Positions 8,648 through 17,667 of a DNA stretch of 38,180 nt are shown piece after piece. Made by a program: the position numbers and the translations under genes. The notes beneath the pieces were generated by a model. It was not told the DNA's origin, made no database searches, and worked only from the letters and a program-made list of their open reading frames with translations. How positions within the stretch are numbered: the stretch's first letter is position 1; every line of letters begins with the position of its first letter. Origin of the DNA: Patescibacteria group bacterium (lineage in GTDB: Bacteria; Patescibacteriota; Minisyncoccia; Phycocordibacterales; Phycocordibacteraceae). The stretch is taken from the NCBI GenBank assembly GCA_019744845.1, contig JAIETW010000006.1, positions 1-38,180 of the forward strand, written 5' to 3'.

Positions 8648-9445
8648 ATGAGTGAAATAGTCGCAGAATCAAGAGAAGGAAAAAGGGTGAATGTGTCAGA
8701 ACTATTCCGGCATAGCTATATATTCTCTCAAGGAAGCCCTCCTCTGCAGTTGTTTATCGCCAATTGGCTTGCCCGCACCGCCTGTAAGGGAATGAAAATT
8801 ACCCTGGAGGAGGTGATGCCGCAGAAGATTACTGCATACGCGAGAGGAGAGATGGAGCGGGGAGGACACACGGTAAATGATCAGGTGGAAGAAGACGCCA
8901 TGATAAATGCCAAACGTTTCGTGGCAGCTTTTGAAAGTGGAGGTAACACGTTCCACCTTTTAGGACAGAAAGGAGATACACGTGTGGAGCAGGAATACAC
9001 TGATGCACAGCTCGTAGAGAACATTGTGTACGACCTTATTACGCAGGAACACACCTTTCTCTCTTCAGGAGGAAGACCAACGACCTCACGTGATCCGTAC
9101 TCCTCGTTCATCATTGATTATGGTCTGCTCAAGCGAGGGACGGGTCCATGGCCGTATAGCGCAGTGCCAGAAGCATATAAGGAGATGTGGGACGAGATTA
9201 TTGAGAGGATACAAGGTCCGCTTAATATTCCAAAAGACTATCAGTATCTCCTTGCGATCATCAATATCTATCTACAGAAACATCCGTCACTCTCAGAAGA
9301 CATGCTTGAGAAGGTGCTTCAGTTTAAGCAGCACATTCTTGAATCAGCACAAGATCGTGTGCGAGAGATGGAAGACGAAGGAGACAAAGATGCGGAAGAG
9401 CTTCGCGGTGTCATTGCTGAAGGGAGTCCAATGCCACTGCGCTAA
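8648..9445 (+). CDS. hypothetical protein (orphan, about 265 aa)
   Basis: Track ORF 8621..9445. No recognisable motif, TM helix or signal peptide. Acidic C-terminus. Its stop overlaps the stop of the convergent HAD gene (CTAA). Confidence 0.55.
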   Translation: MSEIVAESREGKRVNVSELFRHSYIFSQGSPPLQLFIANWLARTACKGMKITLEEVMPQKITAYARGEMERGGHTVNDQVEEDAMINAKRFVAAFESGGNTFHLLGQKGDTRVEQEYTDAQLVENIVYDLITQEHTFLSSGGRPTTSRDPYSSFIIDYGLLKRGTGPWPYSAVPEAYKEMWDEIIERIQGPLNIPKDYQYLLAIINIYLQKHPSLSEDMLEKVLQFKQHILESAQDRVREMEDEGDKDAEELRGVIAEGSPMPLR

Positions 9446-10188
9446 GAGGCAAGCAACGTCTCCATCAGCTGCTCCGTTTCTTTTGGATCTTTCACCTGGT
9501 GGGTCTTGATGCCTGACTTCTTTACTACCTCGTCATTCCCTCCAGGGTAGAGTGCGTCTCCGATATAGATCATGTCAGCGATAGGGATGTTCAAATATTG
9601 TGAGATCTGTTGTACCCCATACGCCTTGTCTATTCCTTTCTTGGTGACGTCTATGGTGCTACGTCCTGCAATGCGCACTTCGTAGTTCGGAAGAAGAGGG
9701 AGGAGTACTTCCCTAAGCTTCATGCGCTTACTGCGATCAGGATCCCATGCGGCTTTCACATCTATTGGTGCTTCCTGTCCTGGAGCAGTGAGCGCCATCT
9801 CTGATCCTCGCCACTCAATACGCTCGCCGACAGAAGGAGCATTGAAATCTATAAGTCCTGTGTCGGTGCCTGCGTTAAGAAATGCGGCACGTACCTCTTC
9901 TACCTCCTCAGGAGTAAAAAGATCTTCGTACACTGCTTTCCATTCTCCATCTTTGTATTCATAGAGCGCAGAACCTGAGGCAGGAAGCATGTAAAGATTG
10001 CTTCGTACCTCTTCAGGAAGCTGGTCAGGGATCTGGTGGGTAATGAGCGCAATCTTTGCGCCAGAGGTAATGGCGACCTTCGTATGGCGAAGAAGCTCCG
10101 TCATAAGCTCCACCTTCCTTGCAGAGAGAGGCTGCTTACTCTCGGTGAGTGTGTTGTCTACGTCAAAGAATACGAGGTGAGGAATCAT
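9442..10188 (-). CDS. HAD-superfamily hydrolase, subfamily IIB-like (Cof / phosphomannomutase-like phosphatase fold)
   Basis: Motif I FFDVDNTLT, motif II ITSG, motif IV GDALYPGGNDE. Cap domain lies between motifs II and III. Confidence 0.75.
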   Translation of the reverse strand: MIPHLVFFDVDNTLTESKQPLSARKVELMTELLRHTKVAITSGAKIALITHQIPDQLPEEVRSNLYMLPASGSALYEYKDGEWKAVYEDLFTPEEVEEVRAAFLNAGTDTGLIDFNAPSVGERIEWRGSEMALTAPGQEAPIDVKAAWDPDRSKRMKLREVLLPLLPNYEVRIAGRSTIDVTKKGIDKAYGVQQISQYLNIPIADMIYIGDALYPGGNDEVVKKSGIKTHQVKDPKETEQLMETLLAS

Positions 10189-10202
10189 AGGTCTAGTCTA
10201 CC

Positions 10203-11657
10203 TTAATAGCCTGGGATAAGAGCACCGTTCTCATAAATTCTGCGGAGCGCTTCATAGTGCGCATCACTTGGATCTATGTTCGCGTCTTGACGACGACTCT
10301 CGTTTTTTGGAGCAGTAATTACATCTCCAATGGGTACGGTGGGGTCAATCTTCCAAAGGTTGTTTACGAACTCAAGCAGCATGATGCGGTGCTGGGTTTC
10401 CATATCTGCTTGGTAGTACGGCTCACGGGTGAGTCGGTAGTGATTCTCGGCGAGTGTGCGCATCATCTCGTCATATCGTTCACGCGTAAATGGTTCGTTG
10501 TATTGAAGGTCAACGCAGGCAAAGACAAGCATTTGGCCGAGGTAATCTCGGCGAGCCATAATTCCTCGGCGTTCCTGGTCGTAGCGGTTAAACGCTCGTG
10601 CAGACGCACGGGAAGGAACTTCGTTCGGAAGAGGAAGGATTTCGGTAATACTTCCTTCGGGACGTACATACGGACCAAGAAATTCAACCATGGCATCGTA
10701 GTGTTCACGATTTGGTCGGAGCTCAAGGCGGAGTGAGCGGTCACGTCCTGGTTCTAGATGTGCCGTAAACCCAGGAAGAACCTCAAGAAGACGGAGAACC
10801 TCTTCAGTACCGAAGACTGAGTTATCGGTGGCAAGCTCTCGTTCAAGTTTTTGGAGAAGCTCCACATATTCTTGGTAGGTGACGCCGTCTTGAGGGTCGT
10901 CAAGATTCGTCGGAAGGTTCATGTACTCACGGAGTGTGCGTGCGGTGTAACTTCGTCTATGTTCATCGAGCATGCGCAGACGCTGTACCAGTTCTGGCTC
11001 TATCACTTGATGCGCTTCATATTCTGCAGTCGTGGTGTCGTCATAGGCACCCTCATATCCTTCTGACCTGAATACGTGAAAGGCGCTATTCAAATCACGG
11101 AGTGGATCCTCTCCTCGTTCTGCTTGGTAGGCATGCGCAAGTTCTGCAATAGTCGTTTCAAAGCTTTCTTGGGTGAAGACCCGTTCTCGTCCGTTCTCTT
11201 GGTTTTCCAAGAACACTTCATGGCCGAACACTTCAAGAGGGAACCAGTGTCCATACATCCCAGCAGGATCTGAGTATCGGCCGAGGAAGGTAAAGAATTT
11301 CTGCATGAGCGTGGTGCCGCTATAAAAGGTGACAGGGTGGCGGAACTCTGCAATAAGACGCTGGAGTGACTGCATGTCTTCGGGTGTCGGAATATTCTTT
11401 TCCTGAAGGTACTGATTGAAAGTAATACAGACACTGTCGCCCTCCAGGTCTTCAAGAGATCCGCAGCCATCTGGGTCAGCAAGGAATTCCTCTTGTGCCT
11501 CTGCTAACGTCTGTTCGTAGACATCCGTGATGTCAATCCGCTGCGTCCCTGCCTTGGTCGCTTCGCCAACGGCAATAGTGGCGAGGAGAGCACCAAGCGC
11601 CGCACGGGTATTTTTCCAGAGCGGACCTGCTTCTTTTTTTGGAGAACGTTCTCTCAT
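10203..11657 (-). CDS. large hypothetical protein with N-terminal membrane anchor or signal sequence (484 aa)
   Basis: N-terminal hydrophobic segment AALGALLATIAVG. The remainder is soluble and acidic. No family recognised. Confidence 0.55.
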   Translation of the reverse strand: MRERSPKKEAGPLWKNTRAALGALLATIAVGEATKAGTQRIDITDVYEQTLAEAQEEFLADPDGCGSLEDLEGDSVCITFNQYLQEKNIPTPEDMQSLQRLIAEFRHPVTFYSGTTLMQKFFTFLGRYSDPAGMYGHWFPLEVFGHEVFLENQENGRERVFTQESFETTIAELAHAYQAERGEDPLRDLNSAFHVFRSEGYEGAYDDTTTAEYEAHQVIEPELVQRLRMLDEHRRSYTARTLREYMNLPTNLDDPQDGVTYQEYVELLQKLERELATDNSVFGTEEVLRLLEVLPGFTAHLEPGRDRSLRLELRPNREHYDAMVEFLGPYVRPEGSITEILPLPNEVPSRASARAFNRYDQERRGIMARRDYLGQMLVFACVDLQYNEPFTRERYDEMMRTLAENHYRLTREPYYQADMETQHRIMLLEFVNNLWKIDPTVPIGDVITAPKNESRRQDANIDPSDAHYEALRRIYENGALIPGY

Positions 11658-11668
11658 ATACGTAGAAT

Positions 11669-11676
11669 GGTATACT
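11669..11676 (+). promoter_or_regulatory. -10-like GGTATACT box upstream of the ABC transporter operon
   Basis: aatggtatactcctatccactATG: the box is followed by 10 nt and then ATG 11687. The reverse complement GAGTATACC faces the divergent gene that starts at 11657. Confidence 0.4.
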
Positions 11677-11686
11677 CCTATCCACT

Positions 11687-12448
11687 ATGCAATCCCCGGC
11701 AATTGAACTCACCAATCTCCGGAAGACCTACCGCAAGAGCGGGAAGGGGGCAGGAGAGACAGAAGCCTTGAAGGGAGCCACTCTTTCTATCCCTCAGGGA
11801 GAGTTTTTTGCGCTTCTTGGTCCTAACGGGGCTGGAAAGACTACCATGATTGGTATTTTGACCGGACTCGTGGTGAAAACCTCTGGGGAGGTGAAGGTGA
11901 ACGGTGTTTCTATAGATGAAGACCTTTCCCTCGCCAAGACCTATATAGGAGTGGTGCCTCAGGAGTTTAACTTCAGTCTCTTTGAGAATGTGCAGGATAT
12001 TGTGGTGGATCAGGCAGGGTACTACGGCATTCCTCGTGATGAAGCAATTAAGCGTGCGGAAGTGTTGTTAAAGGAGCTTGGTATTTGGGATAAGCGCAAG
12101 GATAAATCAATGGCGCTCTCTGGAGGTATGAAGCGTCGTCTTATGATTGCGCGCGCACTTATCCATAAGCCCGCCATTCTTCTTCTTGATGAGCCAACCG
12201 CAGGAGTGGATGTGGAACTTCGTCGTGGTATGTGGAAGTTTCTTCGTGAACTGAATGAGGCTGGTACGACGATCGTCCTTACGACACACTACCTAGAAGA
12301 AGCAGAACTGCTCTCTCGCCATGTCGCCATCATTTCAAAAGGGAACATTGTGGCGAATGAGCCGATGAAAGAGTTACTTGCACGACATGGCGACAAGAAG
12401 CTTGAGGATATTTTCCTTGAGATGACCTCTGACGATCCAACACCATGA
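11687..12448 (+). CDS. ABC transporter ATP-binding protein (ABC-2 / DrrA-NatA-like exporter)
   Basis: Walker A GPNGAGKTT, signature LSGGMKRR, Walker B LLLDEPT, H-loop TTH. 4-nt overlap with the downstream permease gene. Confidence 0.9.
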   Translation: MQSPAIELTNLRKTYRKSGKGAGETEALKGATLSIPQGEFFALLGPNGAGKTTMIGILTGLVVKTSGEVKVNGVSIDEDLSLAKTYIGVVPQEFNFSLFENVQDIVVDQAGYYGIPRDEAIKRAEVLLKELGIWDKRKDKSMALSGGMKRRLMIARALIHKPAILLLDEPTAGVDVELRRGMWKFLRELNEAGTTIVLTTHYLEEAELLSRHVAIISKGNIVANEPMKELLARHGDKKLEDIFLEMTSDDPTP

Positions 12449-13218
12449 GTACCAATGCAATGATCGTCGCGTTCTACACCATGATGCGCAAAGAAGTGGT
12501 GCGTATTTTCCGTATCTGGTCTCAGACCCTGCTTCCTCCAGTTATTACTACCTCTCTGTACTTTGCGATCTTCGGCGCATTCATTGGAAGCCAGATACAA
12601 CCAATTGAAGGATTCTCGTACATGCAGTTCATCATGCCGGGTCTTGTGATGATGACCGTGATCACGAGTGCGTATGCGCATGTGTCCTCTGCATTCTTCT
12701 CGGCGAAGTTCATGAAGAGTCTTGAAGAGCTTCTTGTGTCTCCGATGCCGCATTGGCTTATCATCGCGGGCTTCGTGTGTGCGGGTGTGATCCGTTCATT
12801 CTTGGTGAGTGTGCTCGTGATTATTGTGGCGCTTATGTTTACGCACATCACGATTGCAAATATGTTCATCATCCTTGCTGCAGGAGTGCTCACTGCCATC
12901 CTGTTCTCTCTTGCAGGACTCTTAAACGGCATCTTTGCGAAGGGATTTGATGGCATCACCATCATTCCGAACTTCGTTCTCACTCCGCTTACATATCTCG
13001 GCGGTATCTTCTATTCAATAGAACTTCTTCCAGAACCGTTTAGAACTCTTTCACTTGGAAACCCTATCCTTTATATGGTGAATGCCTTCCGACATGGATT
13101 CCTTGGAATCTCTGATGTGTCATTGTGGGTGTCTTTTGGGATTACGGGCCTCGTGACCCTCATTTTGCTCTTACTCACACTCTGGTCATTCTCAAAAGGA
13201 ACAGGACTTCGCAGTTAA
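12445..13218 (+). CDS. ABC-2 type transporter permease
   Basis: 257 aa, six predicted TM helices, translationally coupled (ATGA) to the ATPase gene. Confidence 0.85.
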   Translation: MSTNAMIVAFYTMMRKEVVRIFRIWSQTLLPPVITTSLYFAIFGAFIGSQIQPIEGFSYMQFIMPGLVMMTVITSAYAHVSSAFFSAKFMKSLEELLVSPMPHWLIIAGFVCAGVIRSFLVSVLVIIVALMFTHITIANMFIILAAGVLTAILFSLAGLLNGIFAKGFDGITIIPNFVLTPLTYLGGIFYSIELLPEPFRTLSLGNPILYMVNAFRHGFLGISDVSLWVSFGITGLVTLILLLLTLWSFSKGTGLRS

Positions 13219-13425
13219 GGCACCCAAAACTCCTCTAAAATCGGGCTCTATTTCGGAAGGGGAGACAGGTACAAAAAAGTATGTCATACGGCACTATCCA
13301 CACGGGTTTTTTAGCACACACTACGTGCTAGTATGAACGTCCATTCGCTAATCCCTTCAATTGCGCCATCACGAATCTGCACGAATTGCCGGGATTGAAT
13401 TATCACGCTAGTAACGCTCACCACT

Positions 13426-16269
13426 ATGACTAAGCAAGTTAAGAAACGAAACGGACAGATCGCTGATTTTAATGTTGGAAAGATTACGGACGCGATGCGC
13501 AACGCATTTGCAGCGACCGAAGTCGCAATTGCAGAGGAAAAACTCTCAGAAATGACGAAAGTCATAGTGGCTGAGGTAGAAAATCGTTTTAACGAGCAGA
13601 TTCCTTCCGTTGAGCAGATTCAGGACATCGTCGAAATGACGATTATGAACGAGGGCTATCACACGGTCGCTAAGCACTACATTGTCTATCGCTACGAGCA
13701 CACCAAGATTCGTGAAGAGAAGAAGCAAGAGGTGCTTGAGAAGATTGAAGAGCAGGAATTGAACGTCACGAAGCGTGATGGATCAGTCGTTGCATACGAC
13801 GAAGCGCAGATTCGCATTGCACTTGGAAAGCACATCGATGGCATCAAAGGTATTGATGGGGAAGTAGATACGGAGAAAATTATTTCTCAGCTCAAGTTTG
13901 AACTCTACGAGAACATTTCTACAAAAGAGATTCAGCGTGCACTTATCATGGTGGTGCGTTCAATGATTGAACGCGATCCTGCATATTCAAAACTCGCGTG
14001 TCGTCTCTTGCTTGAGCGCATGTACGGAGAAGTCTTCGGTGCATACGATGAGAAGACGATTGCCGCAAAGCACGTAGAGATTTTCAAACGCAACATACAA
14101 GATATGGTGGAGCGCGAACTTCTTGATGAGCGCATGCTTGACTACGATCTTGATGCACTTGGTGCAAAGCTTGTGATTGAGAACGATACGCTCTTTGAGT
14201 ACATGGGTCTTGAGATCATGTCCTCTCGGTACTGCATGGAGGATCCAGAAACCAAGAAGCAGATGGAAACTCCGCAGATGTTCTGGATGCGTGTGGCGAT
14301 GGGTACTTCTTTAAACGAGGCAAAGAAAGATCGTGAGCGTGTCGCACTTGATTTCTACGATATTCTTTCAAACTTCTACTACACCCCAGGAGGCCGCACC
14401 TGTTTCCAGGCAGGAGCTAAGAAGGCACAGCTCTCAAACTGTTTCCTTAACACCGTGCCAGACTCTCTTGATGGTATCTTCAAGACCTTCTCTGACAACG
14501 CACAGTACTTGAAATGGTCAGGTGGTACCGGTACCGACTGGACCAGCCTCCGCGCAACCGGTGCCTTCATTAAGGGTACGGGCGTCGGCTCTCAGGGAAT
14601 CGTGCCATTCCTCAAGATTGCCAACGACGTGAACGTCGCTATTAACCGCTCGGGTAAGCGCCGTGGTGCCGGCTGTGTGTATCTTGAGTCCTGGCACATG
14701 GACGTAGAGGACTTCCTTGAGCTCCGTAAGAACACGGGTGACGAGCGCCGCCGTACGCACGACATCAACACCGCAAACTGGATTCCAGACCTCTTTATGA
14801 AGCGTGTGCGGGATGATGGTATGTGGACCCTCTTCTCTCCAGATGAAGTACCTGAGCTTCACGAGATTTATGGCGCTGCCTTTGACAAGAAGTACGAAGA
14901 GTACGAAGCAGCTGCGCTCCGTGGAGAGATTAAGCTCTTCAAGCAAATGCCGGCAAAGGATTTGTGGAAGAAGATGCTCGCTATGCTCTTTGAGACCGGA
15001 CACCCATGGATTACCTGGAAGGATCCGTCCAACATTCGTTCTCCGCAGGATCACGTCGGTGTCGTGCACAACTCAAACCTCTGTACTGAGATTACACTCA
15101 ACACTTCACCAAATGAGACCGCCGTGTGTAACCTCGGTTCTCTCAACTTCGCGAAGTTCGTCGTGAACGGAAAGTTTGATAACGAACTTGTCGGCAAGGT
15201 AGTGAAGAGCGCGATGCGCATGCTTGATAACGTCATTGACCTCAACTACTACCCAACAGAGGATGCACGTCGCGGTAACATGCGTCACCGCCCAGTTGGT
15301 CTTGGGGTGCGTGGATACCATGACGCGCTCTACATGCTTGGCATCAACTTTGATTCTCAGGACGCGGTAGCATTCGCGAACGAGAGTATGGAAGTCGTGT
15401 CCTACTACGCCATCCTTTCTTCTTCCGAACTTGCAAAGGAGCGAGGACAGTATGAGACCTATCCTGGTTCTAAGTGGGATCGCAACATCTTCCCTCAGGA
15501 CACCATTGAACTTCTTGCAAAGGAACGAGGTGAGAATGTGCAGGTGAATCTCGGTGGCAAGCTTGATTGGACGCCGGTACGTGAACACGTGAAGCAGTAC
15601 GGTATGCGTAACTCAAACACGATGGCAATTGCACCGACTGCCTCTACGGCAAACCTCGTCGGTTGTATTCCTTGTGTAGAGCCGATCTACAAGAACATCT
15701 ATGTGAAGAGTAACAAAGAAGGAGAGTTCATCGTCGTGAACAAGTACCTCGTGGAAGATCTTAAGAAGCTCAATCTCTGGACGGACGACATGTTGAACAA
15801 GATTAAGTATGCCGATGGTTCTGTACAGGATCTTCCAGAGATTCCTGCGGAGATTAAGACGAAGTACAAGGAAGTGTTTGAGATTGATTCTCGCTGGTTG
15901 ATTGATGCTGCTGCAGAGCGCGGAAAGTGGATGGACCAATCACAGTCACTCAACATCTTCTTCGGAGGAACGTCTGGCAAGGAGCTCTCTGATATCTACT
16001 TCTACGCCTGGGAGCGTGGTCTTAAGACCACCTACTACCTCCGTACTCTTGGCGCATCCCAGGTAGAGAAGGCCACGGTGTCTACCGCATCCTTCGGTTC
16101 TACCCACACGCGTAAGGTGCAGGCTGCGGTGGCTGCAGCAGTTGCGGAAGTGGAAGATGGAACACCATCTGCACCGCTTGAGCCGCTTACCGCCTCTGCA
16201 ATGGCTGCCAAGCTCGCACGAGTGCAAGCAGGCGAAGAAGCAGGAATCTGCGAATCCTGCGAGAGTTAA
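13426..16269 (+). CDS. nrdA: ribonucleoside-diphosphate reductase alpha subunit, class Ia, with two N-terminal ATP-cone domains
   Basis: 947 aa. Two ATP cones (VKKRNGQIADFNVGKI... and VTKRDGSVVAYDEAQI...). Active-site SNLCTEI. Radical-transfer tyrosines TTYYLR. C-terminal redox pair CESCES. A partner nrdB lies at 19178..20233. Confidence 0.93.
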   Translation: MTKQVKKRNGQIADFNVGKITDAMRNAFAATEVAIAEEKLSEMTKVIVAEVENRFNEQIPSVEQIQDIVEMTIMNEGYHTVAKHYIVYRYEHTKIREEKKQEVLEKIEEQELNVTKRDGSVVAYDEAQIRIALGKHIDGIKGIDGEVDTEKIISQLKFELYENISTKEIQRALIMVVRSMIERDPAYSKLACRLLLERMYGEVFGAYDEKTIAAKHVEIFKRNIQDMVERELLDERMLDYDLDALGAKLVIENDTLFEYMGLEIMSSRYCMEDPETKKQMETPQMFWMRVAMGTSLNEAKKDRERVALDFYDILSNFYYTPGGRTCFQAGAKKAQLSNCFLNTVPDSLDGIFKTFSDNAQYLKWSGGTGTDWTSLRATGAFIKGTGVGSQGIVPFLKIANDVNVAINRSGKRRGAGCVYLESWHMDVEDFLELRKNTGDERRRTHDINTANWIPDLFMKRVRDDGMWTLFSPDEVPELHEIYGAAFDKKYEEYEAAALRGEIKLFKQMPAKDLWKKMLAMLFETGHPWITWKDPSNIRSPQDHVGVVHNSNLCTEITLNTSPNETAVCNLGSLNFAKFVVNGKFDNELVGKVVKSAMRMLDNVIDLNYYPTEDARRGNMRHRPVGLGVRGYHDALYMLGINFDSQDAVAFANESMEVVSYYAILSSSELAKERGQYETYPGSKWDRNIFPQDTIELLAKERGENVQVNLGGKLDWTPVREHVKQYGMRNSNTMAIAPTASTANLVGCIPCVEPIYKNIYVKSNKEGEFIVVNKYLVEDLKKLNLWTDDMLNKIKYADGSVQDLPEIPAEIKTKYKEVFEIDSRWLIDAAAERGKWMDQSQSLNIFFGGTSGKELSDIYFYAWERGLKTTYYLRTLGASQVEKATVSTASFGSTHTRKVQAAVAAAVAEVEDGTPSAPLEPLTASAMAAKLARVQAGEEAGICESCES

Positions 16270-16272
16270 ACG

Positions 16273-16297
16273 AAAGGCCCCTTCCGGGGCCTTTTTT
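16273..16297 (+). terminator. intrinsic terminator after nrdA
   Basis: ggcccc (16276-16281), loop ttcc, ggggcc (16286-16291), followed by T6 (16292-16297). Confidence 0.8.
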
Positions 16298-16299
16298 GT

Positions 16300-16879
16300 T
16301 TACGCATTTTTTATCTGACGTCGTCGTACCAAAAGGAACACCACGAGGATAGTATTGATGATTGCGGTTGCAGTCGCATAGGTTCCGGTCATCACGTTGT
16401 ATTCGTAGAGGGAGAATACAACGAGCATAGGCGTAATAGCGTATCCAATCCAGGCGAGAATGTTTTCAGAGAGCGGCTCGTAGTATGACTTGCGGAAGGT
16501 GGGAAGGTATCCAATAAGATCTATGGCCGTTGCGACCACCACTGCAAGCGCAGGATTATCAAGTCCCTGCCAAATAAATACGCTACAGAGCGCGACGATA
16601 AGAAGAATAGTGTCTCCTTTGGTGATGTCTTTTGTACCGTACCAGAAGGAAAGGATAAAGACGATGAATGCACAGAGCGCATACGCGACCATAGCGCCTG
16701 CCTGTACTAAGCCCCCACCTCCAAACCACACCTTGGGTGATGCTCCAGATAAGCCAAGTGTAGGCATGTGGCTCCGTCTTTCTTTTGAGAATTTGCCAGA
16801 GATAGGGGAGAAAGGAGATGAGTCCGAGCGCCATCGCAAAGAGTGCGAGGAAGTCCTTCCAGGGGAGTTCAAATAGCAT
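16300..16879 (-). pseudogene. 7-TM membrane protein with an internal 3-TM duplication (PQ-loop/SWEET-like topology), split over two reading frames near 16722-16740
   Basis: Track ORF 16583..16879 carries the N-terminus (MLFELPWKDFLALFAMALGLISFLPYLWQILKRKTEPHAYTWLIWSITQG). ORF 16300..16872 continues it (VWFGGGGLVQAGAMVAYALCAF...). The motif LISFLPYL..(12)..WLIWSIT recurs as LIGYLPTF..(12)..AWIGYAIT in the other frame. A TATACT box (16887-16892, minus) lies 7 nt upstream of ATG 16879. Confidence 0.5.
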
Positions 16880-16886
16880 AAAGTGG

Positions 16887-16896
16887 AGTATATACT
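16887..16896. promoter_or_regulatory. palindromic AGTATATACT core serving divergent starts 16879 (minus) and 16903 (plus)
   Basis: Plus: TATACT (16891-16896), 6 nt, then ATG 16903. Minus: TATACT (16887-16892), 7 nt, then ATG 16879. 23 nt lie between the two start codons. Confidence 0.45.
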
Positions 16897-16902
16897 ACGG
16901 GT

Positions 16903-17667
16903 ATGCCTCGCCTTAATGGTCCACGATTTGGCGGTCCGCCACGCGAAAAAGGACCTACCCCGTACCCAGGGACGAACGAGTATCGGAACTTTGGTTGGGA
17001 AGGAGATCGCAAGCGGTTGTATCAGACGACCGCATGGTTTACAGAATATTTACATGAGAATAAGGCGGCGAACGTTATCTTTATTGATAGAAGTGCGCGG
17101 CCTGCGTGGGTAGGTGTACACGAATTGTGGAAACATCGCTACGCCGACGAGCCTCGCCCCGGCCTCTTTTTCATAAATCCAGATGTATTTAATGGTCCGG
17201 TAAAAAAATTCTTTTATGACTCTGATCCGGAGAAGGCTCCAAAGAGTAAGAAACTTGCAAAAGATATTGGGAAGGTACTCACTCGCGTTGATGATGAATT
17301 TAAGAGGACATATGCCCACCTGCTCAAAGACCCACACGCACCTCTTGTGCTCTTTGATACTTGTTCACACACCGGACGCACGGTGTATCCAGTAGTAAAA
17401 CTTCTTGAAGCTCAAGGGTTTACCAATATAAAAGTAGTGACTGCTGGTCCGCCTGACTATGGTGTACCAATAGAACCGATCAAGTATGGACCGGCAGTGA
17501 GTTGTGTACCATTTGGATACGGAAATAGCGGCGTTGATACTGGTATACACTCAGTGCTTTCAACACCACAGAGCAGCAAGTACAGCGCCCGTACTTCTTC
17601 ATGGAGAGAAATACGTCAGATCATTCGTGATGAAGAAGCAAAATATGCACGTACTAAAAAGAAGTGA
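16903..17667 (+). CDS. hypothetical protein with phosphoribosyltransferase-like (PRPP-binding loop) motif
   Basis: 254 aa. PLVLFDTCSHTGRTV resembles the PRTase acidic-hydrophobic PRPP loop, and VIFIDRSARP resembles an upstream PRT strand. The rest is unrecognised. Confidence 0.45.
   Translation: MPRLNGPRFGGPPREKGPTPYPGTNEYRNFGWEGDRKRLYQTTAWFTEYLHENKAANVIFIDRSARPAWVGVHELWKHRYADEPRPGLFFINPDVFNGPVKKFFYDSDPEKAPKSKKLAKDIGKVLTRVDDEFKRTYAHLLKDPHAPLVLFDTCSHTGRTVYPVVKLLEAQGFTNIKVVTAGPPDYGVPIEPIKYGPAVSCVPFGYGNSGVDTGIHSVLSTPQSSKYSARTSSWREIRQIIRDEEAKYARTKKK

Noticed and set aside
13219-13425. Cobalamin riboswitch or class II (NrdJ) reductase
   Set aside because: The enzyme has class I hallmarks (SNLCTEI, the YY pair, the C-terminal CxxC and a partner NrdB with a tyrosyl-radical motif). 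No B12-box-like sequence is present in the leader.
12289-15588. Long antisense ORFs (for example 12289..12753, 12522..12983, 14518..15069, 15106..15588) and similar ones opposite purH, the anti-sigma gene and the kinase gene
   Set aside because: They lie entirely opposite strongly supported genes, have biased Arg/Ser/Cys/His-rich translations and lack promoter boxes. They are typical shadow ORFs.
13426-16269. Intein or intron inside nrdA, given its 947-aa length
   Set aside because: The length is fully explained by two N-terminal ATP-cone domains. The catalytic core reads continuously, with no Cys/Ser...HN splice-junction block.
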